From the NCBI GenBank assembly GCA_963710605.1, contig CAVQBA010000006.1:832001-896000 (forward strand): a stretch of 64,000 bases of DNA, in the 5' to 3' direction. Positions 53,463 through 63,979 of this stretch are shown one piece after another (position 1 is the stretch's first letter; each line of letters opens with the position of its first letter). The notes beneath the pieces are model-generated. The model had not been told where the DNA came from. It did no database searches and was given only the letters and a program-made list of their open reading frames with translations. The position numbers and the translations under genes were made by a program. The stretch is from an uncultured cyanobacterium. GTDB taxonomy: Bacteria > Cyanobacteriota > Cyanobacteriia > Cyanobacteriales > Cyanobacteriaceae.

Positions 53463-53786
53463 GTGTTAAGCAAAACTAATCAATTAATCAGTAAGATGAT
53501 GTTAAATTACAATCTATCAAATTTAGTAAAATCGCCTTTAAATACTATCAAAACAAGACTAATAAATTTAGAAATTAGTACGAAAGAAACCGCAGAAAAA
53601 ATAGTTAATTTAATTCCTAATACTTGTCCATTTGCTAAAGATATCACAATTTTTGGTCTTCTAATCTTCACTATTCCCCCACTATGTAAACTCAATCCTT
53701 TCTACGACGATTTAATGATGTTACGTTTTCGTGCTTTATCTTTTCTTTGTGAAATAGGAGAAGATATTAGCCATTATTGTCAATAA
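53463..53786 (+). CDS. 'Mo-dependent nitrogenase C-terminal' domain protein
   Basis: IPNTCPF...IPPLCKLNPFY...LRFRAL..L...GEDIS.YC; start uncertain. Confidence 0.85.
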   Translation: MLSKTNQLISKMMLNYNLSNLVKSPLNTIKTRLINLEISTKETAEKIVNLIPNTCPFAKDITIFGLLIFTIPPLCKLNPFYDDLMMLRFRALSFLCEIGEDISHYCQ

Positions 53787-54005
53787 AATTGCTTTTTTAC
53801 TTTTAAAATATGTCTGACTAATACCAATTGAGTTATAAGTATATGTTATTAATTATTCGAGATGATTTGAATACGATCGCTAAATGAATTTATGGTTACA
53901 TAGTACTGTGTCAGAAACGTTTGAACTCCTCAAGGTTGGATTTCTCTACGATACATTATAAGAGAGAAACCTAATAACCAACCCCGATCGAGTATCAACT
54001 AATTA

Positions 54006-54854
54006 TCAGCCTAATTCAAAAGTAGTAACACCAAAAATTTGGTTAACAGGCAAATCAGGAATTTCTTGGTTATACATTCTAGCGGTTTCAAATACCATCT
54101 TTAAACCATATTTAGCTACCAAAGTTTTTGCATCAGGATTAACTTCAGGTATATCTAAATAAATCGGTTGTTTTGGTTTGACTGCGGAAATTAAACCAAT
54201 AAAAATGTCTTCTGCTACAGTTAAATTATCCGCAAATAAGGGTCCTATTTTATACCCTGTCTGACAAACTCGAATCATACCGTAACCAAGAAGCCGATCG
54301 TTTTTAACTATACCTAATACTTTGTTTTCAGGTTGAATTAGCCAAGATTTCAAAAAAGCACTTCTATCGTCAGGGAAAAAAAGATAATCGTATTGATTAA
54401 TCGTTTCTGGGGAAAAAGAAGCTAAATCAATCACATTAGGATTAACAGGTAGTTGTTGAGAGATACCTTCATAACGAATATTACTATAAGCTAATTTAAA
54501 ACCCGATTTCTGATAATTATTTTGTTGGGCAACTACACCATCAAGCCCAACATTTCTTCCCGACAGATGTTTTAAGGCTTCATTCCAAATTTGGATACCG
54601 TAACCTTGCCCCCGATAACCTTCTTTGACAATATAAAAACCAATAAAACCGAAACTATCACCATATCTTACCGCAGAAATAGTAGCGATCGGTTTATTAT
54701 TAAGTAAGCCTATCAAAAACCCTTCTTTGTCTGCTTGATAAAAACATTGAGCATCATATAAACCTGGATTCCAACCTTCACGACTTGCCCAGTCAACCGC
54801 AATATCTATTTCAGCACGAGACATTACCCTAATTTGATAATTATTAGTATTCAT
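54006..54854 (-). CDS. GNAT family N-acetyltransferase (two-domain, YitH-like)
   Basis: WASREGWNPGL.D, GFYIV...RGQGYG, GLDGVVAQ, KIGPLFAD, VFETARMY. Confidence 0.88.
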   Translation of the reverse strand: MNTNNYQIRVMSRAEIDIAVDWASREGWNPGLYDAQCFYQADKEGFLIGLLNNKPIATISAVRYGDSFGFIGFYIVKEGYRGQGYGIQIWNEALKHLSGRNVGLDGVVAQQNNYQKSGFKLAYSNIRYEGISQQLPVNPNVIDLASFSPETINQYDYLFFPDDRSAFLKSWLIQPENKVLGIVKNDRLLGYGMIRVCQTGYKIGPLFADNLTVAEDIFIGLISAVKPKQPIYLDIPEVNPDAKTLVAKYGLKMVFETARMYNQEIPDLPVNQIFGVTTFELG

Positions 54855-55079
54855 TGGCGTTAGTGATGAAGGTTATCTTGTTATCTTAATTCTACGATCG
54901 AATTTTAATTGACTATATTTATAAATTTAAAAGAATACTCGTTTCTTTAATTTGACATATTTATAGCTTCTGCTACTTTCGAGATACGATGAAATCCCGC
55001 CGAACTATACTGATAGCTACAACCCTTTGAACTTGTTAGTTCTTTTACACCTATTTTTTAGCTAATTGTTTTTGATCAT

Positions 55080-55630
55080 CCCGATCGCAACTTTAGCCTA
55101 AATTACAAGAATTTTATTGATTGTTCCAAATTGAGGATTTCCTGATTCGCAAAGAGTTGTTTTAAACTTTCTCTTTCTAAATCAGTATTTTTAGCAACTT
55201 GATTAAATCCACCATTCGCTTTGACTACTTCTTTGAAAGCAACGTTTTAGACGTAGGTAATCCATCTTTAAAGCTCCTCAAATACCGTTCTAAATCTTGG
55301 TCTTGTAAATTGGTTTTAAGAAGTTTTGATATGTCGTTTTGATTTCATTTTATTTTCCTCCCAAAGATTAATTATTTTTTGAGGTTTAAAGCTTGATTCC
55401 CTGGGATACTTTTCTATCTCTTCGTAAAAAACCTTAACAATTACAGTTCTAATTGACAAAATAGATTCTTATCCACTACTTTAATAAATTGCTTAATTCT
55501 GATACACCTTTACCGACTGGTTTGCAATCTCCAAAAGTCACCAGTCTATTTTTAACGATCGATTCGTAGCGGCGATAAAGTCTTGGATAATTTTTATTGT
55601 CTTTGATACCGAAACTACCATCATCAAAAG
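55080..55630 (-). pseudogene. Decayed addiction module (RelE/HigB-like killer and HTH antidote remnants)
   Basis: Fragments FGDCKPVGKGVSEL and AFKEVVKANGGFNQVAKNTDLERESL...SGNPQFGTINKIL amid stops and frameshifts; boundaries approximate. Confidence 0.7.
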
Positions 55631-55921
55631 TTGACAATAACCTTGACCAAAGTTTGAAGAGCGGTTTGTGGACCTATTAATTTCGTTTGGTTTCATTATT
55701 TAATTGAATCCCAAAGATACAGTCAACCAAATATTAATACAATAATTTTAAATTGAAGCAGAAGATAAACTACTTTTGTTTAATAACATTTAATTAATTA
55801 GATTTATCAACGAATTTTTATGTTATCATCGTCGTGATGACTACTGTAAAATAACTATTATTGTTACTAAATCAAGTAGATAAATAACCTTTATCGTTGT
55901 CTTTTACACCTAGCTCGCTCG

Positions 55922-56929
55922 TTAAAGTTTAATATTATTTAATTGAGAGCGAGGATTTTCTTTACTTATTTGCTGTATTTTTTCGTAATATTCCTTCTCT
56001 AGCTTAGTGACATTTTTAGGAGTTGCGATCGTGATTCTAGCAAAAAGATCGCCATTTTGTCCTTTTGGGCTACTCCAGCCTTTGCCTTTAAGTCGTAAAG
56101 ATTGTCCGTGACGAATACCTGCGGGTATCTTCATCGAGACATTACCTTCAGGAGTTGGAATATCTACTTCTCCACCTAAAACTGCTTCTGTTGGAGTTAT
56201 TGGCACTTCACAAACTAATTTATCATCTTCCCATTGAAAAAACTGGTGTGGAGTTAATTGTACTTTTAAATATAAATCGCCTTTTTGTTGATTTAAAGGA
56301 TTTACATTACCTTTACCCTTGAGTCTTATTTTCGTCCCGTTTCTTGCTCCTGCGGGTATTCTGGTATCGATCGTTTCTGTACCCAATTTCAGCTTAGTTT
56401 CTACACCATGATAAGCTTGAGAATAAGTTAGATTAATACTTTTTTCTAGATCGTAGTCTTTGTTATTAATTGTTTGACGGTTATTAAAATTGTTATAACC
56501 AGTACTATTATTGGTTGTTGTACGTGTATTTGTTCTAGCACCACCGCCAAATGGACGACCGAGCAAATCACCAATAAATTCGTCAAAACTACCATATTCA
56601 CCGAAATTGAAATCGTTGACATTGACATTGGTATTAAAACCTGTCCGTTGTTGCCCCGCACCTGCACCTGCCCAAGGGTTGTTACCAGCTTTATCAGCTT
56701 GTTGCCAATACTTGCCAAATTGATCGTATTTTTGGCGTTTGTCTTTATCTCCCAAGACTTCATAAGCCTCGCTAATTTCTTTAAATTTTTCTTCTGCTAC
56801 TTTGTTATCTGGATTACGATCGGGATGATATTTTACTGCTAACTTACGAAAAGCTTTTTTGATTTCGTCTGGAGAAGCACTTTTTTGAACGCCTAATACT
56901 GAATAATAATCTTTAAAATCTGTTGCCAT
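55922..56929 (-). CDS. dnaJ: DnaJ-class chaperone (J domain + C-terminal domain, no zinc finger; CbpA-like)
   Basis: [28 protein letters not shown] region, IRLKGKG, LRLKGKG. Confidence 0.9.
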   Translation of the reverse strand: MATDFKDYYSVLGVQKSASPDEIKKAFRKLAVKYHPDRNPDNKVAEEKFKEISEAYEVLGDKDKRQKYDQFGKYWQQADKAGNNPWAGAGAGQQRTGFNTNVNVNDFNFGEYGSFDEFIGDLLGRPFGGGARTNTRTTTNNSTGYNNFNNRQTINNKDYDLEKSINLTYSQAYHGVETKLKLGTETIDTRIPAGARNGTKIRLKGKGNVNPLNQQKGDLYLKVQLTPHQFFQWEDDKLVCEVPITPTEAVLGGEVDIPTPEGNVSMKIPAGIRHGQSLRLKGKGWSSPKGQNGDLFARITIATPKNVTKLEKEYYEKIQQISKENPRSQLNNIKL

Positions 56930-57154
56930 CTCCTTTGATTTCCTCCTTTGTATCTATATTTGTTGTTTGTTTAAAAGTGCAATCAATGTCATTGACTTAA
57001 TCTAACTGACAATCTTTGTCTTGTAACTAAGTACCGTTAGCAAAAGTGATTATTCCTCATTTTATTGTAACCTGATGTTATCGGGTTGTTGATTCAATTA
57101 GACTAACCAAAAAAATTTTCTTGTTTGTAACTCAATTATCAATATTTTATAATA

Positions 57155-57355
57155 TATAGCGTTTCCCAGACTTGTGAGGTACAGTTAATGATCAATAAGT
57201 CCCCTTAAATAAAAGCGAAGCATCCTTAAATTTCCCCCTTACGAAGGGGAGGGGCTGTCACCTGAATTAATTTCAGGTGCTTGTAAGCCCCGTGGCAAGG
57301 GGGATGGGGATTTAGGGGGATTTCTTTGTATTTCAGAATGGTGATAATTGCTATA
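57155..57355 (-). mobile_element. Miniature inverted-repeat element, copy 3, with nested insert
   Basis: Minus strand TATAGCAATTATC...CCCCCTAAATCCCC[insert]...AAGGGGACTT...TGTACCTC...AACGCTATA. Confidence 0.7.
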
Positions 57356-57498
57356 TATTGACAAAAATGAGAGAAAATGCACGACAACAATCAAATAGTA
57401 TTTAGAGTGAATAACAGATTATAAGTTTGTCAGACTATCAAATAGAAAAACATAACGATCGCAAAAATTAATAAAAACCTAAAAAAACTAAAAGATAT

Positions 57499-58269
57499 AT
57501 GATTTACTGGCGAGAAACTTTAGCCGTTACTCAAAGAATTTTACGAGAGTTATTTACTAGAAAAAGAAGCTTAATATTTTGGTCAATTTTTCCGATTTCA
57601 ATTCTTTTGATTAATAGTTATATTATCGCTGAAAGAGCAAAGATAACAGTAACTTTAGCGATGAAAATATCTGCTCCTTCTAGTTTGATGGGGGCGGCTT
57701 TATTTTTTAGTTGTTTAGGTGGTACTGTAGCGACTATCGTCAGAGAAAGAGAGCAGAAAACTTTAAAACGTTTATTTATCTCGCCGATGAGAGGAATTTC
57801 TTATTTTTTAGGTATTTTTTTAGCTCATAGTTTAATTGGTTTAGGACAAACTGTTTTAATTTATGGACTTTTATTTGCTGTTGGTAAATCTATCTCAGGA
57901 TCAATCGTTTTAGGTATTATTATTATTATTTTAAGTATTATTAGTTATGTCGGAGTTGGTTTTATTTTAGGTACTCAATTAGCCAAAAGAACAGAAGATG
58001 TAAATACAGTTGTTGCCACGATCGGTGTTCCTTTATTAATTGTTGGTGGTACTTTTTTTCCTAGTTCTTTATTTCCTGATAAATTATTAGAAATTGCTCA
58101 ATTTAATCCTATTTTTCACATGAATGAAGCCTTAATTGATTTATGGGGTAAGGGCAAAGATTGGCAAGATATTCAAGGTCATTTTTGGTTTTTATTGGTA
58201 TTTTCGATCGTCATGATACTATCAGGTTGGTGGTGTTATGAACACATGGTCAAATCTGAGAATAATTAA
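57499..58269 (+). CDS. ABC-2 type transporter permease
   Basis: EREQKTLKRLFISP, GGTFFP..LFP, FNPIFHMNEAL. Confidence 0.88.
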   Translation: MIYWRETLAVTQRILRELFTRKRSLIFWSIFPISILLINSYIIAERAKITVTLAMKISAPSSLMGAALFFSCLGGTVATIVREREQKTLKRLFISPMRGISYFLGIFLAHSLIGLGQTVLIYGLLFAVGKSISGSIVLGIIIIILSIISYVGVGFILGTQLAKRTEDVNTVVATIGVPLLIVGGTFFPSSLFPDKLLEIAQFNPIFHMNEALIDLWGKGKDWQDIQGHFWFLLVFSIVMILSGWWCYEHMVKSENN

Positions 58270-58351
58270 CAACGTGAATTTCTCTTTCTACTTTTATCTA
58301 CTTTAATTATCAATTGTCAATTGTCAATTATCAATTATCAATTATTTATTA

Positions 58352-58921
58352 TTACTTATTCTTCGCTGTCCAGACTCCACCAATAAAACCAAATAAGTGA
58401 GCTAACCAAGAAACATGAGGAGTAGAAGGCAAGACACCCCAAATCATACCGCCATAGAGGAAGAATACGAGTAAAGAAAGAGCGATCGAAGCAGTATTAC
58501 GTTGGAAATAGCCTCTGAGCATCAAAAAGCCTAAATAGCCGAAGACAACACCACTCGCACCCACAGTAATTGAATTAGCTTGACCAAATAACCAGACACC
58601 TACTCCACTAAACAAAATCGAGTATAAAGAAACGACGAAAAAATCACGGGTATTTTGTAACATCACAAACCAACCCAAGATAATGAAAGGAAAAGTATTG
58701 GCTAACAAATGAGCAAAATCAGCGTGAAGAAAGGGAGAAAGAATAATTCCTCTCATGCCAATTATATTTCTAGGTACAATACCAAAGTAGTCTAAACTAT
58801 CGCCAAAATACGATTGACTGACGATTTCGATCGCCCATAACGCTACCACACAAACACCAATAATACTAAACTGTTCTTTTAATTCTTTACTTAAAGCCTT
58901 GACTTTATCTTCAGTAGTCAT
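58352..58921 (-). CDS. Rhomboid family intramembrane serine protease
   Basis: PFLHADFAHL..N, GASG, SWLAHLFG. Confidence 0.92.
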   Translation of the reverse strand: MTTEDKVKALSKELKEQFSIIGVCVVALWAIEIVSQSYFGDSLDYFGIVPRNIIGMRGIILSPFLHADFAHLLANTFPFIILGWFVMLQNTRDFFVVSLYSILFSGVGVWLFGQANSITVGASGVVFGYLGFLMLRGYFQRNTASIALSLLVFFLYGGMIWGVLPSTPHVSWLAHLFGFIGGVWTAKNK

Positions 58922-59397
58922 AATTTTGTTGATGATTTAACTATCTTCTCCATTTTATACCTTCGGAAAAGAACATCACCATAATAAACCGTTTCCATTG
59001 TCACAACTTCAAAACCACAACGGCTAAAAACAGGCTCAGAAAAAAAACTTGCTTCTGTATAAAATTTTGTAATACCAGCTTCAATACCGATGTTTAAGAC
59101 ATGATTTAAAAGTTTTGTACCATATCCTTGACGAGTATAATCTGGATGTAAATAAAGAGAGACTATATGCCCATCTTCAGTTGCTAAACCACAAAAACCA
59201 ATAATTGTTTCGTTTTGAATTAATAAATAAGTATCACAGCCAAAAATAAATTGCCAATATTTGTCTGGATTATCAGGCGTTAATGACCATGCTTTTACTT
59301 GTTCGGGAGTATATAAACTTGGTGCTAGTCTTTTTACACTATCACGATATATCTGTCTTAAACGGGGAAAATCTTTTTCTTCGGCAATACAAAACAC
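58918..59397 (-). CDS. GNAT family N-acetyltransferase
   Basis: YTPEQVKAW, LYLHPDYTRQGYGTKL, TEAS...PVF...GF. Confidence 0.85.
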   Translation of the reverse strand: MFCIAEEKDFPRLRQIYRDSVKRLAPSLYTPEQVKAWSLTPDNPDKYWQFIFGCDTYLLIQNETIIGFCGLATEDGHIVSLYLHPDYTRQGYGTKLLNHVLNIGIEAGITKFYTEASFFSEPVFSRCGFEVVTMETVYYGDVLFRRYKMEKIVKSSTKL

Positions 59398-59522
59398 AAC
59401 TTATTTATTATCGTTAATTATTTACTTTTCATTGTTAATGGTTAATAGTTAATTGTCAATTATGTTGAACAGTCTAAATTATTCAGAAAAAGAAGCTGAG
59501 CTAGTATGAGGAAAAATATATA

Positions 59523-59978
59523 ATGAGCGTCAATAAAGTAACTAAAATTATATTTATTATACTTAGTATTTATAGTGTTATTGCTATTATATTATATGGT
59601 TTATTTGTTTATATTGATTACAAAGTTTTAACGCCAGAATCAGTAAGTTTCCCAAATATCAATCAAGTTACGCACATAGAAGTTCAGGTATATCAAGAAT
59701 CTGAAATACCATCTAAACTTTATTTTTATTCGATTGAAGACAGGAAAAAAATAAAAGCAATATTATTATTTTTGAATAAACACGATAATAAATGGTCTTA
59801 TTACATTGCAACATCACCTATTTATCCTTATACTGCATCTTTTAAAAATGATGAAGAATATCTAATTTCTATTTTCCTTGGTCTCGAAAAATCTCTTGGA
59901 GTTTCTGGAGATATTGTAACAAGTATTTCATCACAACAAGAGCAAGAATTATTTCAATTATTAAATATTCCAGAATAG
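59523..59978 (+). CDS. Hypothetical protein with N-terminal TM anchor
   Basis: 151 aa ORF with GAGG RBS; no recognised motif. Confidence 0.55.
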   Translation: MSVNKVTKIIFIILSIYSVIAIILYGLFVYIDYKVLTPESVSFPNINQVTHIEVQVYQESEIPSKLYFYSIEDRKKIKAILLFLNKHDNKWSYYIATSPIYPYTASFKNDEEYLISIFLGLEKSLGVSGDIVTSISSQQEQELFQLLNIPE

Positions 59979-60105
59979 CTTTGTATTCAGAAATACTATT
60001 ATAATTTTGTTCCTAATTAGTTAAATATTCCTTTTTTAAATCACTTTACTATACTTTAATTCTTCAGACAAAATTACAAATAATATAAAATTTTTTTGTT
60101 AATTA

Positions 60106-61809
60106 TCAATTACTTTCCGTTATTCCGTGACTTTTACCTAATACCCAATGACGACGGAAATAACGATATAAAGAAGATTCTTCTAAAGATAAATAAATTG
60201 GTCTGCCATGAGGGCAAGTATGAGGATTTTTAGTTATTTTCCATTGATTAATAATATCTTCCATTTGCGATCGAGTCAAAGTAGTTCCATTCCTGACAGC
60301 CGTACGACAAGCGAGCGAAGTTTGAGCGGCATCCAAATCACATCCCCAACTTAATTCTAGTATTGCATCGATCGTGTCTTCTCTCGTTAATAATATTTGC
60401 GGAATACTTCTAATTGCCCATAAGTCTTCACCGAAACTATCTATTTCTAAACCGATATTGACTAATTGTTCGATTTGTTTTGGTTTTAATTTTGGTAAAA
60501 TAATTGGTTGTTCTAATGGTACTATTTCCCATTGTTGTTTTAGTTGTTCATATAATACTCTTTCATGAGCAATATGTTGTTCGACTAACCAAATTCCTTG
60601 ACTATGTTCGGTGATGATGTAAGTATTTCTTGATTGACCAATTATCTTCAAATCGATAAAGCCAACTGTTTCTTCCTCAGAGTTATTATCAGTTTTTTGT
60701 GTATTGTAATTATTAGATGAAATGCCAGTATTATAACTAGCTTTTGGTTCAGCCACTTTAAAATACTTCTCTACTTTTTGATTAATAAACCCTGTATTTA
60801 TATTGTTATTAGTTAATCTAAAAATATCACTGATACCTTGTTTTATTGCATCTTGCCAAAAATCAGTTTTATCGATGTAAATTTCTGTTTTCGCAGGGTG
60901 ACGATTCCAATCAATATATTGAGGCGAAATTTGTAAATTGATGGTAGCGACGGGAAAACGATTGCGGTTAAGGCTACGGTGAAAACTACTATAAATAGCC
61001 GATTCTAACTCAGGGCATTTAACGATTCTGCCATTCACGCCTATTTTAACCCAGTCTGGTCGAGGACGAGAAAGACGATCGGGTAAACCGACGACTAATT
61101 TAAGTAAAGATGATTCGTCTTGTTGATCTAAATCAATTTTTTTGTCTAATGATTTAAGATCATTGTATTCGATCGTTTTCACTAATTGAGGTAAAATCTT
61201 TTGTGTTGAAGTGCTACCACTAATTTGTAAAATCGATCGTTGATTTACCCACAACTGCCAAGTAACGTGAGGATGACATAAAGCAAATTCACCGATGATG
61301 GTTTGTATTTGTTTTAACTGTTGCTTAAAAGGCGGATTAATTTGTCTTCTTAAAGGTAGATTCGCAAATAAATTAGATACAGAAATAATTGTGCCAGGAG
61401 CGATCGCTTTCGGGTAAAATTTAACTATCTCACAATCTTCGCAAATAATTTCCCAACCATCATTCTCTACTTCCCGACTACAAATACTAACGGTTGCTAA
61501 CTGAGCGATACTATTTAAAGCTTCTCCCCGAAAACCAAGAGTTTTAATTTTCATTAAATCAGCTTGACAATCTATCTTACTTGTACTGTGTGGTTCGATC
61601 GTTGCCGACAAATCATCGGGAGAAATACCTTTACCATTATCAGCGACTTGTAAACTCCACGATTCAGGATAGATGGAAATAACAATTCTCGTTGCATTAG
61701 CATCCAAACTATTTTCAATTAATTCTCTCACCACAGAAGTAATGGAATCGATGACTTCCCCAGCGGCAATTAGTTTAATTACATTTCGAGGTAATTTTTG
61801 AATAACCAT
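60106..61809 (-). CDS. mutL: DNA mismatch repair protein MutL
   Basis: IAAGEVI, ELIENSLDA, TLGFRGEAL, EQHIAHER, ACR.A, CPHGRP. Confidence 0.96.
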   Translation of the reverse strand: MVIQKLPRNVIKLIAAGEVIDSITSVVRELIENSLDANATRIVISIYPESWSLQVADNGKGISPDDLSATIEPHSTSKIDCQADLMKIKTLGFRGEALNSIAQLATVSICSREVENDGWEIICEDCEIVKFYPKAIAPGTIISVSNLFANLPLRRQINPPFKQQLKQIQTIIGEFALCHPHVTWQLWVNQRSILQISGSTSTQKILPQLVKTIEYNDLKSLDKKIDLDQQDESSLLKLVVGLPDRLSRPRPDWVKIGVNGRIVKCPELESAIYSSFHRSLNRNRFPVATINLQISPQYIDWNRHPAKTEIYIDKTDFWQDAIKQGISDIFRLTNNNINTGFINQKVEKYFKVAEPKASYNTGISSNNYNTQKTDNNSEEETVGFIDLKIIGQSRNTYIITEHSQGIWLVEQHIAHERVLYEQLKQQWEIVPLEQPIILPKLKPKQIEQLVNIGLEIDSFGEDLWAIRSIPQILLTREDTIDAILELSWGCDLDAAQTSLACRTAVRNGTTLTRSQMEDIINQWKITKNPHTCPHGRPIYLSLEESSLYRYFRRHWVLGKSHGITESN

Positions 61810-62195
61810 AGATGATAATTAATAATGAAAATAATTAATAATTAATAATACTTCGGCTTTCGCAGAAGTTGAGCGTTGTCGAAACTCAGTATAAATGAAT
61901 AGTTGATAATGAATAATGAAGATTTATTAGTACGTTGATATTGTAGCAAAAGAATCGATCGAGGCGAATTATTGGTAATGAATTTTAATACAGTAGCGAT
62001 TGAAAAAAGCCTTTTCTATTATCGAATAATTAAGGTACAAAACCCCGCCTTAACAATGAGTAATAAATATTAATTGCGGCGTTGTTCACTCTTACCACTC
62101 TTCATTGTTCATTGTTGAAAGGGTGCATAAACAGTAGAATAGTTGTCGGATTACAACAATTATGTATTATTTTAAACCTCGATCGTAACAAGATA

Positions 62196-62357
62196 TTAGC
62201 CGATATTACTAGCAATATCATAAGCTATTACTATGAGTGAAAAGGTTTGTCCTACTTCTGCTTTTACTTCATCACTAACGGTAATGGTGATAGTATGATT
62301 ACCAATATTGTTAATAGTAAGTGTCCAACGTAAACGACCATTAAACTCATAATATAT
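62196..62357 (-). pseudogene. Remnant of an Ig-like (He_PIG/cadherin-like) domain
   Basis: Hand translation NGRLRWTLTINNIGNHTITITVSDEVKAEVGQTFSLIV; no start codon. Confidence 0.5.
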
Positions 62358-62416
62358 TTAGTTATGTTTTGCTATAATTACTAAGATCAATAATCATAAA
62401 AATAGCTTGATTTTCA

Positions 62417-63346
62417 ATGAGTCAATTTCCTCATGATGACTTTGTTAAAGAATATTTACCTGAATTAATATCTGATTACGGAGTAGTTACTTCAGGAAAG
62501 AAAATAGCTTCTCAAACCAAAGAAATAGATGTGTTTTTTCAACCCCATAAACAAGTGTTAACTGAATCTAATAACTTAGGCTTACTGGGAAAATTGTTAG
62601 ATACAACCTGCTTGTTAGAAGTTTATCGAAATTCAGTTTATACTCATCAAATAATCGAATGTGTAGGGAAGTTAGCAGATGTACAAACTTCTATCTCCAG
62701 AGAAAATAAAAAGAGCAAAGATAAAAAGAAGAATGAAGAGCAGGTAAATTTATGGATTTTAACTCCGACTTTATCAAATAAAATATTGAACTCTTTTTCA
62801 GCAAAAAGAAAAGAGGATTGGGAGGAGGGAATTTATTTTTTACCATCTGCTTTATCGACAGGAATAATAGTTGTACATCAGTTACCAGTCAACTCTAAAA
62901 CTCTCTGGTTGAGAATGTTAGGAAAGGGTAAAGTACAGGAAAAAGCCATAGAGGAATTAAATGCACTACCAAAGGATAATCAATACAGAGACAGTGTTTT
63001 AGAGTTGGTCAGTAATTTATTTACAATGCTACAATTGAATCAAGAAAAAAGGGAAGAATTGACCAAAGAGGATCAAGAATTAATTATGAAACTGTCACCA
63101 ATTTATACTGCTAGATTAAATGAGGTAAAACAAGAAGGTATTCGACAAGGAGTCGAGCAAGGTATTCAACAAAATGTTATTCGCCTTTTAAAAAGAAAGC
63201 TAGGTGAGTTATCTCCTAATCTAGAAACAAGAGTAATGAGTTTACAAATCAATGTTTTAGAAGATTTAAGTCTTGCTTTATTAGATTTTAACTCGATCGA
63301 TGACCTCATTAATTGGTTAAATGAAAACAACAAAGAATTAAAATAA
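62417..63346 (+). CDS. DUF4351 / Rpn-like PD-(D/E)XK protein
   Basis: FPHDDFVKEYL, EIDVFF, LWILTPT, IIVVHQLP...TLWLR.LGKG; C-terminal LEDLSLALLDF....L..WL. Confidence 0.85.
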   Translation: MSQFPHDDFVKEYLPELISDYGVVTSGKKIASQTKEIDVFFQPHKQVLTESNNLGLLGKLLDTTCLLEVYRNSVYTHQIIECVGKLADVQTSISRENKKSKDKKKNEEQVNLWILTPTLSNKILNSFSAKRKEDWEEGIYFLPSALSTGIIVVHQLPVNSKTLWLRMLGKGKVQEKAIEELNALPKDNQYRDSVLELVSNLFTMLQLNQEKREELTKEDQELIMKLSPIYTARLNEVKQEGIRQGVEQGIQQNVIRLLKRKLGELSPNLETRVMSLQINVLEDLSLALLDFNSIDDLINWLNENNKELK

Positions 63347-63403
63347 AAGAGCGATCAGCAATCATTAAAATTATAGCTATAAATAGTATTATCAGTAATC
63401 GAA

Positions 63404-63664
63404 TTATGCACTGAGAATTAATTGATTATCTTTTACTTCTATAGATTTTAGTTTTTTTATAATTTCGACTGTTTTAAAATCACTAATATAATTAGCTACC
63501 TTGTCATATTTTTCTAATGTAAGCTCTTCAAGTTGAATTGGTAATCCAGAATCACTATTTTTTCCTACATTAAATGAAGAACATAATGAGGAATCGACAA
63601 TCCAAATAAACGTGTATAAAAGACTTTTCATAAACAAAAAGTAGTTCTTTGTTGCTGTAATCAT
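63404..63664 (-). CDS. Hypothetical protein (possibly a fragment)
   Basis: 86 aa ORF, no recognised motif. Confidence 0.3.
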   Translation of the reverse strand: MITATKNYFLFMKSLLYTFIWIVDSSLCSSFNVGKNSDSGLPIQLEELTLEKYDKVANYISDFKTVEIIKKLKSIEVKDNQLILSA

Positions 63665-63979
63665 TTTAATTAATATTGGTAATGAATTTTAATACAGTAG
63701 CTTTTCTCGAATTTATTAGTACAATTACGTTATTCTTATGTAATTTCAAATTCTTGAACATAGGCTTTATTTATAGCTACGACTATACTTGCAGAAAAAA
63801 GAGCTTTCTATATCACTAAAAACCTAAGTTGGAAACCAAAGTCTCCTCATTACTCATTACTCATAAAAGAGTGTATTAGTAGTAGAACATTTGTCTGTTT
63901 TGCTATAATAATTATGTATTGCTTATGGTATTTTAATCAATAGCCTTAATAGCTAACAGCTTAAAACTTAGAAATATAC

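Noticed and set aside
53463-53786. Evidence of nitrogen fixation
   Set aside because: This domain name does not indicate a nif structural gene, and no nif genes are present in the window.
56930-57150. CIRCE element upstream of dnaJ; NtcA/LexA boxes in other intergenic regions
   Set aside because: No acceptable match to the consensus sequences was seen.
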